From a virus (taxonomy: Duplodnaviria; Caudoviricetes), in the IMG/VR virus record IMGVR_UViG_3300025915_000017, positions 953-64,952 of that record: 64,000 nucleotides of DNA. One strand, 5' to 3'. How positions within the stretch are numbered: position 1 is the stretch's first letter; each line of letters begins with the position of its first letter. A program made the position numbers and the translations under genes. Positions 28,644 through 36,832 of the stretch are shown here, piece after piece. The notes beneath the pieces are model-generated. The model saw nothing but the letters and a program-made list of their open reading frames with translations, made no database searches and was not told where the DNA came from.

Positions 28644-29252
28644 ATGCCTTCTAATTTTGGGTCCACTCCTACCAGTACAACCGCTTTGGGAACAAATCAG
28701 TTTCCAGTCAGCGCCGCCCGCGTGCCCAACGCAGATTCGGCTGGCAATCTTACCTCAATAGAAGGCATTGCGGTTAACACCGATAACTATAATTTCCAGA
28801 CCACAGCCATCCGCATAGGGCTCAAAGACGGAGACGACGCCACTCAAGGAACCTCCACCGATGCGGCTGGGGATAACACTGTCATCGGCCAACTCAAGCA
28901 AATCCGCCTGAACACTGCAAGCGTTACCATCGGCTCGGCCCTGCCTGCTGGTGGCAATTTAATTGGTGTCGTCGCCTTCGGCGGCACCACCACAACCTAT
29001 GTGCCAGCCAATAGCGGTGTCACGGCGGTGAAGTCCAGCGCTGGACGCCTGGCCAGCGTCATCGTCATCAATACCGGTTCGGCACAACTCAATTTCTACG
29101 ACAACGCCACGCAAGCCAGCGGTACGCCCATTGGTGCGGTCCCAGCGAACGCGGCTGTCGGTTCGGTTTATTCGTTCAATGCGCCAGCAGCGAACGGGAT
29201 TGTAGCTAATTCTGTAGCAAGCTGTTGCTCTGTCACTGTCTGCTACTACTGA
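28644..29252 (+). CDS. Fibre-like virion protein, paralog 1
   Basis: IGSALPAGGNLIG repeat and C-terminal VKSSAGRL...FYDNA...IGAVPANA module. Confidence 0.65.
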   Translation: MPSNFGSTPTSTTALGTNQFPVSAARVPNADSAGNLTSIEGIAVNTDNYNFQTTAIRIGLKDGDDATQGTSTDAAGDNTVIGQLKQIRLNTASVTIGSALPAGGNLIGVVAFGGTTTTYVPANSGVTAVKSSAGRLASVIVINTGSAQLNFYDNATQASGTPIGAVPANAAVGSVYSFNAPAANGIVANSVASCCSVTVCYY

Positions 29253-29262
29253 GGATTAAATT

Positions 29263-30600
29263 ATGTCAACAGTTAATGTTGGAAACAGTACAAGCAATCC
29301 AGTTCCAGTTAATGTCAGTACTGCGATTGCTGCTGGCGGGAATACCATTGGTAACGTCAACATCCAGGCGAGCGGCTCCGCCGTTACGCTTGGGCAGACT
29401 ACCATGGCAAGCTCATTGCCTGTGGTTATCGCCTCGAACCAGTCCAATTTGCCAGATAACCTCGTGCAAATTGCGGGGGCGTCTGTAGCAACGGCAGCCT
29501 CTGGTATCATCAAAGTTGGTTTGACCGATGGCACAGGCACTGCCATTACCTCTACCTCCAACGCCATTGATGTCAACATCAAATCGGGTGGTGGCTCTGG
29601 TTTCTCTGTGACGGATGAAGCAGCATGGACTGCTGGCACATCAGCATTTGTCCCAACTGGTGGCGTGTTTAATGATACCGCAGCAGCCCTCACGTCAGGA
29701 CAGGAAGGCTCCATCCGCCTCACCAACAACCGCGCCATCCATGTCAACTTGCGCGATGCCAGCGCCAATCAGTTGCTCGGCTCAAAGACTTCTGCCAACT
29801 CGCTGCCGGTGGTTATCGCTTCTGACCAGGGCGCGGTGGCTGTCTCACAATCCGGCTCCAACTGGTCGACAAACGTGGCCCAGATCGGCGGAACAAACAT
29901 TGTCACGGGTGGTGCAAGTGGCCTGATTGCCGTGGGCGGCCCAGTGGCCTCGGGCAGTTCTAACGCTGATAACCCGGTCAAGGTGGGCGGCGCATACAAC
30001 AGCACACAGCCAACCGTTACGACTGGCCAGATTGTTGATGCACAGATGTCTGCGCGAGGTGCGCAAATCGTTGCTACTGGCGCGGACACCTTCAATGTGA
30101 CCGTCAATGCTGCGCTTCCAGCTGGCGGCAACACCATTGGCGCGGTGACGCAGGCCAGCGGACCCTGGACAAACAATATCACCCAAATTGGTGGCTCATC
30201 CCTGACTCTCGGCCAAACAACTATGTCTGCCAGCGTCCCGGTCACTTTTGCCTCGAACCAAAGTTCTTTAGGCGTGACACTGCCAAGCAACAATACCACT
30301 ATGATTGGTGTGACCAGTCCCGGTGGTGTCTCTACCACAGCTATCGCGGCGGCTGCAACGAACACAGTGGTCAAAGCCAGCGCAGGCCGCTTATGCCGTG
30401 TGTTGGTCACAGCGGCAGGGACAGCAGCGCTCACGTTCTACGATAATGCAACGGGTGGTAGTACCACCGGCAACATCATTGGCTATATCCCTGCCAATGC
30501 CGCTGCTGGCTCTGTCTATGACTTTCAGTTTCTTTCAAGCACAGGCATTCAAGCGCCTGGTGGAGCAAACACGCCTGCTGTAACAGTTGGGTACATCTAG
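29263..30600 (+). CDS. Fibre-like virion protein, paralog 2
   Basis: Repeated AGGNTIG and SLPVVIASNQ units; the same C-terminal VKASAGRL module. Confidence 0.65.
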   Translation: MSTVNVGNSTSNPVPVNVSTAIAAGGNTIGNVNIQASGSAVTLGQTTMASSLPVVIASNQSNLPDNLVQIAGASVATAASGIIKVGLTDGTGTAITSTSNAIDVNIKSGGGSGFSVTDEAAWTAGTSAFVPTGGVFNDTAAALTSGQEGSIRLTNNRAIHVNLRDASANQLLGSKTSANSLPVVIASDQGAVAVSQSGSNWSTNVAQIGGTNIVTGGASGLIAVGGPVASGSSNADNPVKVGGAYNSTQPTVTTGQIVDAQMSARGAQIVATGADTFNVTVNAALPAGGNTIGAVTQASGPWTNNITQIGGSSLTLGQTTMSASVPVTFASNQSSLGVTLPSNNTTMIGVTSPGGVSTTAIAAAATNTVVKASAGRLCRVLVTAAGTAALTFYDNATGGSTTGNIIGYIPANAAAGSVYDFQFLSSTGIQAPGGANTPAVTVGYI

Positions 30601-30608
30601 GAGAAGCC

Positions 30609-31925
30609 ATGTCTACCATTAACATAGGCTCGGCTCTTCCGGCTGGTACGAATCTGATTGGGAACGTCAAGATCGTTGATACTGGGGGCACGAACCAGGC
30701 TGCAGTTGACGCCAACAATAACCTGCATGTGACCGTCTACAACGCTACGAACGCCATGGGCGTGGACTCTTCCAATAATGCCCATGTTGGCATCTGGAAT
30801 GGTGCCAACCAGATGGCCGTTAATAGTGGTGGCAATGCGGCGATCAATGTGGTACAGGTAGGTAGCTCGGCAGTCTCCACAGCGGCCTCTGGCGTGATCA
30901 AGGTTGGCATTGTTGGGAACGCGGGAGCAACGATTGATGGCACAGTAGCGGCAGGCACAGCGCCAACCAATGCCGTGGTTGTGGGATCAGTCTACAATAC
31001 ATCGGCCCCTGCACCAACGAATGGGCAAGCGATGGCATTGCAGGCAGACCAGGCTGGGAATCAGCGCGTGTTTCCAGGGATAGCATTGGCTGCACTCTCA
31101 GCCTGGAATAGCAGCACATCGTTGAACGCGACCCAGACCATCTTCACGAACTCGGGAGCCGAAGCGGTTCTGGTCCAACTGACACAGACCACCACGTTGA
31201 CGGCTGGAGCCGTGACATTTGAAGTGTCCTACGATGGCTCCAACTGGTCCACGATTCCTGCCAGCGCTGTGCTTGATCCTACATCGACAACCTTTGCTCA
31301 GATCAGTCTGCCATATACAGTGCAGGCTTCTACCAATAAACAGTTCCTACTTAACATGAACGGGGCTCAGGGCCTGCGTGCAAAGCTGTCCACACAGATC
31401 ACAGGAACCGGCGCCGTGACGCCTAATTACGCCTTGCTGCCAGCGTCACCTGCTGATACAGTAGTGGCTCTCTCGCCAACGGCTGCCAACTTTAATGCGA
31501 CGGTTGTGCAGAGTGGCACGTGGACCGTTCAGCCGGGAAACACTGTAAACTCCACGCCATGGCTTGTGCAAACACAAGCGGGGACAACAGGCGGCTCGAC
31601 ACCCTATCACCTGTTGAGCGCTGCAAACAATAACGCCACATCGGTCAAAGCAAGTGCAGGATTGCTCTATGGATATACGCTCTCCAATACGAACGCTGCG
31701 GCGCGATTCTTCAAGCTCTACGATAAAGCATCGGCACCAACACCAGCTAGCGATACCGTCAAGCATACCGTTCAGGTCCCAGCAAACTCCACCGTGATTC
31801 ATGTGTATCCCGAAGGCTTGACGTTTTCGACGGGCATTGCCTTTGCAGCAGTTGCTAACATTTCCGACACTGATAACACCAGCATCGGAGCATCTGACCT
31901 GTCCATCGATCTCAACTATAAGTAG
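30609..31925 (+). CDS. Fibre-like virion protein, paralog 3
   Basis: IGSALPAGTNLIG and TAASGVIKVG shared segments; C-terminal VKASAGLL...LYDKA module. Confidence 0.65.
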   Translation: MSTINIGSALPAGTNLIGNVKIVDTGGTNQAAVDANNNLHVTVYNATNAMGVDSSNNAHVGIWNGANQMAVNSGGNAAINVVQVGSSAVSTAASGVIKVGIVGNAGATIDGTVAAGTAPTNAVVVGSVYNTSAPAPTNGQAMALQADQAGNQRVFPGIALAALSAWNSSTSLNATQTIFTNSGAEAVLVQLTQTTTLTAGAVTFEVSYDGSNWSTIPASAVLDPTSTTFAQISLPYTVQASTNKQFLLNMNGAQGLRAKLSTQITGTGAVTPNYALLPASPADTVVALSPTAANFNATVVQSGTWTVQPGNTVNSTPWLVQTQAGTTGGSTPYHLLSAANNNATSVKASAGLLYGYTLSNTNAAARFFKLYDKASAPTPASDTVKHTVQVPANSTVIHVYPEGLTFSTGIAFAAVANISDTDNTSIGASDLSIDLNYK

Positions 31926-31934
31926 AGGTGTGCC

Positions 31935-32549
31935 TTGACTGTTTTATATGGTTCTTCCGTCGCTGATGGCACACTTACCACTGCCTGTGATATGGCCGCC
32001 ACGACAGGGGGAACAGAGACCTCAAAAACGACCACGCTCACTGGAGCCAACAATATTGCAGAAGTCCTGAGCAAAGGAGGAACATCTGCAACAGTGACCT
32101 CCATCCCTACAACACCAACCGGCAATGGGTGGGTCTATAAACCAGGATCGGGAATATTTGCCGCTGCAAACTGGTCTGCGGTGGTAACGGTCAGTGGTGG
32201 ATGGGGACCAGGGGGAACCGACACCCTGACGATTCGTTTCTTTAAGTATTCTGGTGGCTCCTATTCTTCTATTGGCTCGATTGTTGGCCCGAATATGACC
32301 AACACAGCCACAAAAAATGCCTGGTCATTTACGGCAACATCAATGCCTGCCACAACGTTTGTGGCAAGTGATCTCTTGTATATCGATTTGTGGCTTACTG
32401 ACGTGCTCGGGGCATTTGGAGATGACCCGGTGGTTTATGAGAGTACCAGTGCCACTGCTGGGGTGGCCAATGATATGCAAGTTACTACCTCAACATTTAC
32501 GCCACTGCATATCCGCAATTGTGATGGCTATGGGGGAGTGTTTAGCTGA
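31935..32549 (+). CDS. Virion protein paralogous to a domain of the large tail protein
   Basis: TTGGTETS, PTGNGW, NWSAV, LYID and GVAND match residues of about 170-350 in the 22675 ORF. Confidence 0.65.
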   Translation: MTVLYGSSVADGTLTTACDMAATTGGTETSKTTTLTGANNIAEVLSKGGTSATVTSIPTTPTGNGWVYKPGSGIFAAANWSAVVTVSGGWGPGGTDTLTIRFFKYSGGSYSSIGSIVGPNMTNTATKNAWSFTATSMPATTFVASDLLYIDLWLTDVLGAFGDDPVVYESTSATAGVANDMQVTTSTFTPLHIRNCDGYGGVFS

Positions 32550-32731
32550 TGGCAACTACACTAATGGTTCCAAGAACTCTGGGTGGCACCATCATCTTAG
32601 TGATTGGACCAACCACAGCCACAACCACCATCACCGCTCTTGGCCCAGACGGAAAGGTGAGCGGCAAAGGACGCGATGGAAAGATAGCATCCATTGGACG
32701 AGATGGACAAGTGATAGGAAAGAGGCAATAA
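32549..32731 (+). CDS. Small protein with GRDG repeats
   Basis: 60-aa ORF coupled to the previous stop. Confidence 0.5.
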   Translation: MATTLMVPRTLGGTIILVIGPTTATTTITALGPDGKVSGKGRDGKIASIGRDGQVIGKRQ

Positions 32732-32740
32732 GGAGGTAGC

Positions 32741-33067
32741 ATGAGCATCACGCCATGGATCAAGACACAACACCGAACACAATTAGCACCGTTATGGACC
32801 ATCAGCCTGACAACAGATTCAGGAGCCGCCAATCTCTCTGGCCTTGACGATACAGCACTCTCTATGTATTTCACCAACATCTCAACTGGCGCGGAAACAC
32901 AGGGTGCAGGGACACTCCATATTACATCGCCTGCCAGCGCAGGGGTTGTGACCTATCAAGTGGATACAACTGATGTGGTGGTTGGCAATTATCACGTGCG
33001 CCTCTGGGTCAATTTTGCAAACGGTGAAGAGCCATTCGATCTGGGAACCTGGACGGTAGAGGCATAA
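32741..33067 (+). CDS. BppU-N-like baseplate domain protein
   Basis: GVVTYQVDTTDV..GNYHVRLWVNF pattern; RBS aggagg. Confidence 0.6.
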   Translation: MSITPWIKTQHRTQLAPLWTISLTTDSGAANLSGLDDTALSMYFTNISTGAETQGAGTLHITSPASAGVVTYQVDTTDVVVGNYHVRLWVNFANGEEPFDLGTWTVEA

Positions 33068-33125
33068 TTGACGCGCTGGCAGAAGACCGCACAAGCAAGT
33101 ATACTGTGATGAGCATCCTTTATAG

Positions 33126-33187
33126 TACAATAGACCAAACGAGCTAGCAAGCGAGCCGGTGAGCCAGAGGGTTCACCGGCTCTTTTA
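33126..33187 (+). promoter_or_regulatory. -10 plus GAGCC hairpin leader (copy 3)
   Basis: TACAAT, then stem gagccggtga/tcaccggctc (33153-33182) and a T run. Confidence 0.65.
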
Positions 33188-33204
33188 TTGACAGGGACAA
33201 GAGG

Positions 33205-33561
33205 ATGCAACAATCACCAGATCAGAACACATTGCTCTACAGAATAGAACTCTTGGAAAGGATGGTGAGGGATCTACAGGTGCAGCTTCAACAATACGTT
33301 CGATCAAGTGAAAACAATTTGCATATCCAGGCCATCAAAGACACCTGTGAGAGAATCGAGAATGAGCTTGGCAAGGCAAAAACACAGTTAACCGAGTTGA
33401 ACAACAAGCTCATTGTCTCAGAAATCGAAGCACAAAAACGGGACGCAGCGCAGCGCGAAAGCCAGGATAAACTGCAAATCAGAGTGCTCTGGGGGACCGT
33501 CTCAGTCATTATCACTATTTTAAGCCTCATCATCGTGGGGTATATTACAAAAGTCTTGTAG
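33205..33561 (+). CDS. Coiled-coil protein with C-terminal TM helix (holin/XhlA-like)
   Basis: Heptad region, then VLWGTVSVIITILSLIIVGYI; lysis-proximal position. Confidence 0.55.
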   Translation: MQQSPDQNTLLYRIELLERMVRDLQVQLQQYVRSSENNLHIQAIKDTCERIENELGKAKTQLTELNNKLIVSEIEAQKRDAAQRESQDKLQIRVLWGTVSVIITILSLIIVGYITKVL

Positions 33562-33587
33562 ATATGTTCTAAGGGAGGGAGGGTCTT

Positions 33588-34253
33588 GTGAAAGCGCAAA
33601 CACTACGCACCTATATGATTATGTCCCTCGTCCTGACACTCTTCCTTCTCCTGTCCCTGGTGATTTTTAATTCGCTCGCTCTTTTCCCTTCCAATGATGA
33701 TATCGTGGTGATGCAGCAGGCTAATTTTCAACTAGCACGCGATGAGTTCCTTTCCAAAGATGTGATGGTCCTGGCTTATCGCCCTCTTTCCTACCATTCC
33801 CAGGCCATCAACGAACTACAAACGGTGTTGCCACAATTCCAGCAAGTCCAGACAGGACTGCTACAAGGGAACGCGGTACTTGGTCTGCCGAGCAATCCAC
33901 CTGACAATGTAAAAGCGGCTTTGCTGGCCTCACAATCGGATTATTTAGCCATCACGACTGCAGTGCAGCATTTACTGGCTCATCCCGACGCAACCACTCC
34001 TGATATGATCCAGGTGGAAATTGTGTTGCAACACGAGCGGTTCTATGTCGGTGAGATGTATCAGGTCGTCACGCTACTCCAGCAGAACGCCGAAGCGCGA
34101 AAGACCCAGTTGATTTTTATCAAGCTCACTATTTTAGGGGGAACAGGAATTGTGGTGGTGCTCAAATATACATTGTTTACTCGTTATGCTCTAGAAGGGA
34201 TGAGGAAGGCAGAGGAACAAGAGACAAAAGAAGAGAGCCGTTTCGATGAGTGA
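33588..34253 (+). CDS. Two-TM protein with a PilJ/NarX-like extracytoplasmic four-helix sensor domain and no output domain
   Basis: TM1, ANFQLARDEFLSKDV, GLLQGNAVLGLP, YVGEMYQVVTLLQQNAE, TM2, then a tail of only about 20 aa. Confidence 0.55.
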   Translation: MKAQTLRTYMIMSLVLTLFLLLSLVIFNSLALFPSNDDIVVMQQANFQLARDEFLSKDVMVLAYRPLSYHSQAINELQTVLPQFQQVQTGLLQGNAVLGLPSNPPDNVKAALLASQSDYLAITTAVQHLLAHPDATTPDMIQVEIVLQHERFYVGEMYQVVTLLQQNAEARKTQLIFIKLTILGGTGIVVVLKYTLFTRYALEGMRKAEEQETKEESRFDE

Positions 34254-34267
34254 AACGGCTCTCTTCT
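34229..34267. terminator. Bidirectional terminator between convergent genes
   Basis: Perfect 16-bp IR AGAAGAGAGCCGTTTC / GAAACGGCTCTCTTCT with a 7-nt loop. Confidence 0.75.
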
Positions 34268-34268
34268 A

Positions 34269-34508
34269 CTACATTTTTCCGTTCAAGGTATCTAGCATGC
34301 CTTGAAAGACTTGGATATGATACCCATCTTTGCGGTTAATAGCACCTTCCAGACGTTCTTGAGTCTCGGATCTCAATTTTGTAAGAGCCTCCTCTCTTGT
34401 GCCACTATAGCCAATGGCTGCCAGATTGTCGTATTCAAGATATCCATGGGCTTCTTCCACACCGTTCTCATAAGCTGCTTGCAGTTGTTCTTTGGTTAAG
34501 TTTGCCAT
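34269..34508 (-). CDS. Hypothetical protein
   Basis: ORF MANLTKEQLQ... coupled to the upstream minus-strand gene. Confidence 0.55.
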   Translation of the reverse strand: MANLTKEQLQAAYENGVEEAHGYLEYDNLAAIGYSGTREEALTKLRSETQERLEGAINRKDGYHIQVFQGMLDTLNGKM

Positions 34509-34753
34509 TAGTTTGTTGCCTTCTCCCAATACTCAAGCATGTCAAAATCCATCTCATGATCTTGCTGCCAGCGACGATTAAGCCGGAGACATTTACCATA
34601 AGCCGATTGACGATTGAGATATGTCCTATTAGGGCGTAGTTCCTCCCACGTGTTGGAAGAGTTATCTACCATTGCTACCACCTGATAAACATCACCTTCG
34701 ACACCAATGTTCTTTACTCGGTAGGGACCGAAAACTTTTTGTTTTGTTGACAT
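34508..34753 (-). CDS. Hypothetical protein
   Basis: 81-aa ORF with RBS ggaaggg. Confidence 0.6.
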   Translation of the reverse strand: MSTKQKVFGPYRVKNIGVEGDVYQVVAMVDNSSNTWEELRPNRTYLNRQSAYGKCLRLNRRWQQDHEMDFDMLEYWEKATN

Positions 34754-34871
34754 TGCTTATTTCCCTTCCTTTGTTGACATCGTTTTGATGTCAATTGTTT
34801 CCACCATCAATTTTCTCCTTACCCTTTGCATCCATCACAGCAAGCAAACCGTAATACAAACATACGTTCTA

Positions 34872-34940
34872 GCTCGCGGAGGCAAGGATGCCACCTCACC
34901 GGCAATGAGTAGATTACGAGTTCAAGTCTCGCCGCGAGCG
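34872..34940 (+). ncRNA. Non-canonical tRNA-like cloverleaf (anticodon position GGC)
   Basis: Acceptor GCTCGCG/CGCGAGC 7 bp, D stem GGCA/TGCC with AGGA loop, anticodon arm CCTCA-CCGGCAA-TGAGT, T arm ACGAG-TTCAAGT-CTCGC. Confidence 0.6.
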
Positions 34941-34964
34941 GTGCTTGTAGAGCCATCAAAGTTT

Positions 34965-35185
34965 TGCTATACTGCGATACTGCGATACGGCGTACAAGAT
35001 GGTGAGGCTGCCATCCCCCAGTGGTTGCCTCACTCCCCCAAATCTGCTACACTCACCCTAGCTTGTCTATTTGATCGTTATCCTGCTTCTATGATGCTAA
35101 GACAAGTCTTTGGCCCGGTTCTGTCGGAATGCTACCGGGCCAGCACACACGAGCCTTGAGCCATCGAAAGATGGTTCTTTTTTTG
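34965..35185 (+). ncRNA. Putative small RNA units (promoter-hairpin tandem)
   Basis: TGCTATACT 34965, hairpin 35002-35033, TGCTACACT 35045, hairpin 35111-35142, terminator 35158-35177 plus T run. Confidence 0.4.
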
Positions 35186-35199
35186 TTTTGGAGCAATGT

Positions 35200-35370
35200 A
35201 TGAAGACTTTTCTGCAGCCGCTGATGGCCCTTGCCTTCCTTGGCCTGGTCTTTGCCATTGACACAACAGTTAGTTGCGTCATAGCCAGAAGCGTAGTCCG
35301 TGCCATTTTTTACGGTCTTTCCGCTATCTTCTTGTTGTTGATTGTCGTGATAGCTTTGTTTGGGATTTGA
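35200..35370 (+). CDS. Small two-TM membrane protein (holin-like)
   Basis: 56 aa, almost entirely hydrophobic, directly before the endolysin. Confidence 0.5.
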   Translation: MKTFLQPLMALAFLGLVFAIDTTVSCVIARSVVRAIFYGLSAIFLLLIVVIALFGI

Positions 35371-35371
35371 T

Positions 35372-36337
35372 ATGAAGATCGTAGACGGGTGGATCGATTC
35401 TGCTACAGAGATAGACTATGGCAATAAATCCATGGATCGGCAGGGGTATAAACCTACTCACGTCGTGCTACATGGTACAGCTGGCGGCACAAGCTCTGAA
35501 GCGATTGCCAACTACTTCAAAAGCTCGGACGTGGAGGCCAGCGCACACATCATCATCGGCACCGACGGAGAAGTTACACAAGGAATTAGCATGGATGTGG
35601 CGGCCTGGGCCAATGGCGCAATTGTTCAACCTACCATGCCCTGGCCAGCCAACATCAACCCGAACCTGTACACGATCTCGATAGAGCACTGCAAGCCCTC
35701 AACGGATAATAGCGACCAACTCACGGAGCCACAAAGACAAGCCTCATTCCAGGTGGTGCGGACCATCTGCGACTATTATGGAATAGCCAAACGACGCGGA
35801 GATCTCCAGTCGGGAATTGTCTCTCATGCTGACTTCGACCAGGTAAACAGGGCACGATGCCCCGGTCCCTATCCGTGGGACGAGTTGATAGCTTATTTGC
35901 AGAATGGAGTTTCTATGGGCATTCCTGCCGGATGGAAGGACAATGGCACCATCCTCACTGCCCCCAATGGTCACACCGTCTCATTAGGTTTCAGAGACTA
36001 CGTACTTCATCACGACTGGGACGCTAACAACTGGCCGCTTGAAGAGTCACATGGTCAAACCCCACTTGAGTTGAGCAATCCTGGCTTGGGCGGCGGCACC
36101 CAGCAGGTTTTTAGAACCACAGTCTTAGAATGGACGCCATCAGGGGGTGTATTCGTTGCGTGGGTTGGTCAAGAATTGCTGGCACTCCGTAAGCAATCGC
36201 CACAGAATGCGCCACAGCCACCCATTGTTACTATCAACGTCTCTCAGGCCATCTCATCATTGCAGGCCATGCAAACAGCCTTACAATCGATGGAGACGGC
36301 TATACAATCGGTTATCAAGGATTTGGAACCCAGTTAG
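35372..36337 (+). CDS. Endolysin, N-acetylmuramoyl-L-alanine amidase (Amidase_2)
   Basis: VVLHGTAG, ASAHIII, AWANG, TISIEH and SH...CPG Zn-amidase motifs; C-terminal LGFP-like domain. Confidence 0.9.
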   Translation: MKIVDGWIDSATEIDYGNKSMDRQGYKPTHVVLHGTAGGTSSEAIANYFKSSDVEASAHIIIGTDGEVTQGISMDVAAWANGAIVQPTMPWPANINPNLYTISIEHCKPSTDNSDQLTEPQRQASFQVVRTICDYYGIAKRRGDLQSGIVSHADFDQVNRARCPGPYPWDELIAYLQNGVSMGIPAGWKDNGTILTAPNGHTVSLGFRDYVLHHDWDANNWPLEESHGQTPLELSNPGLGGGTQQVFRTTVLEWTPSGGVFVAWVGQELLALRKQSPQNAPQPPIVTINVSQAISSLQAMQTALQSMETAIQSVIKDLEPS

Positions 36338-36348
36338 AAAGGAGCATC

Positions 36349-36702
36349 ATGACACCACAACAGAGCATTTTCGCAGCACTCACCGCTATCCTGCCAGTAA
36401 TCGGCGTCATTCTTCCCGGCATTATCAAATCCGATGGACAGAGCGATCAGAACAATAGCCTTATCACATTTGTTATCCTGCTGGCCTTCGGTGGTGTGCA
36501 GGCGTGGAGCGCAGGCTACATCGGCACAAACCCCTGGCTCGACTTTGTGGCAGTGGAGGCAGCTATGGCGGCTTTGCTCGGAGGGCCGTTAAAGCCATTG
36601 GATGAGTATCTACAGACGAACATTGGACTGGGTCCGAAGCCAGCAACTACGCCACAGCCCGCATCGATCCCGCCAACTGACTCATCAAAACCGCCTGCGT
36701 GA
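36349..36702 (+). CDS. Holin-like membrane protein
   Basis: Three hydrophobic segments directly after the endolysin. Confidence 0.6.
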   Translation: MTPQQSIFAALTAILPVIGVILPGIIKSDGQSDQNNSLITFVILLAFGGVQAWSAGYIGTNPWLDFVAVEAAMAALLGGPLKPLDEYLQTNIGLGPKPATTPQPASIPPTDSSKPPA

Positions 36703-36830
36703 CAAGAGGTTGTGTAATTGGTATACTGTGCGTGGGCAATACACCCGAAGCAAGAGCACCAGGGCCAGCAGTAAAATTATTAGCAGAGCAGAGCAAAAAG
36801 GTTTTCTGTTGGCGGCCTGGTGCTTTTGTT
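36699..36830 (+). ncRNA. Putative sRNA with promoter and long hairpin
   Basis: GTGACA-N17-TATACT (36699-36727), then stem 36752-36771/36806-36827 and a T run. Confidence 0.45.
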
Positions 36831-36832
36831 AT

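Noticed and set aside
26989-30434. Long minus-strand and alternate-frame ORFs over tail genes (e.g. 26989-27441, 29256-29768, 29769-30434)
   Set aside because: Fully overlap well-supported plus-strand genes and have no RBS or motifs
20140-31925. Diversity-generating retroelement or shufflon in the tail region
   Set aside because: No reverse transcriptase or invertase, no adenine-specific TR/VR pair seen, and the repeats are direct coding repeats
34774-34794. Palindrome TTGACATC-N5-GATGTCAA as an operator
   Set aside because: Single occurrence, partly explained by a local duplication of the ATGTCAACAAA gene-start sequence; not enough support
34872-34940. Standard functional tRNA-Ala(GGC)
   Set aside because: Lacks U8, U33, G3-U70 and CCA, and has a 4-nt D loop and two stem mismatches; kept only as tRNA-like
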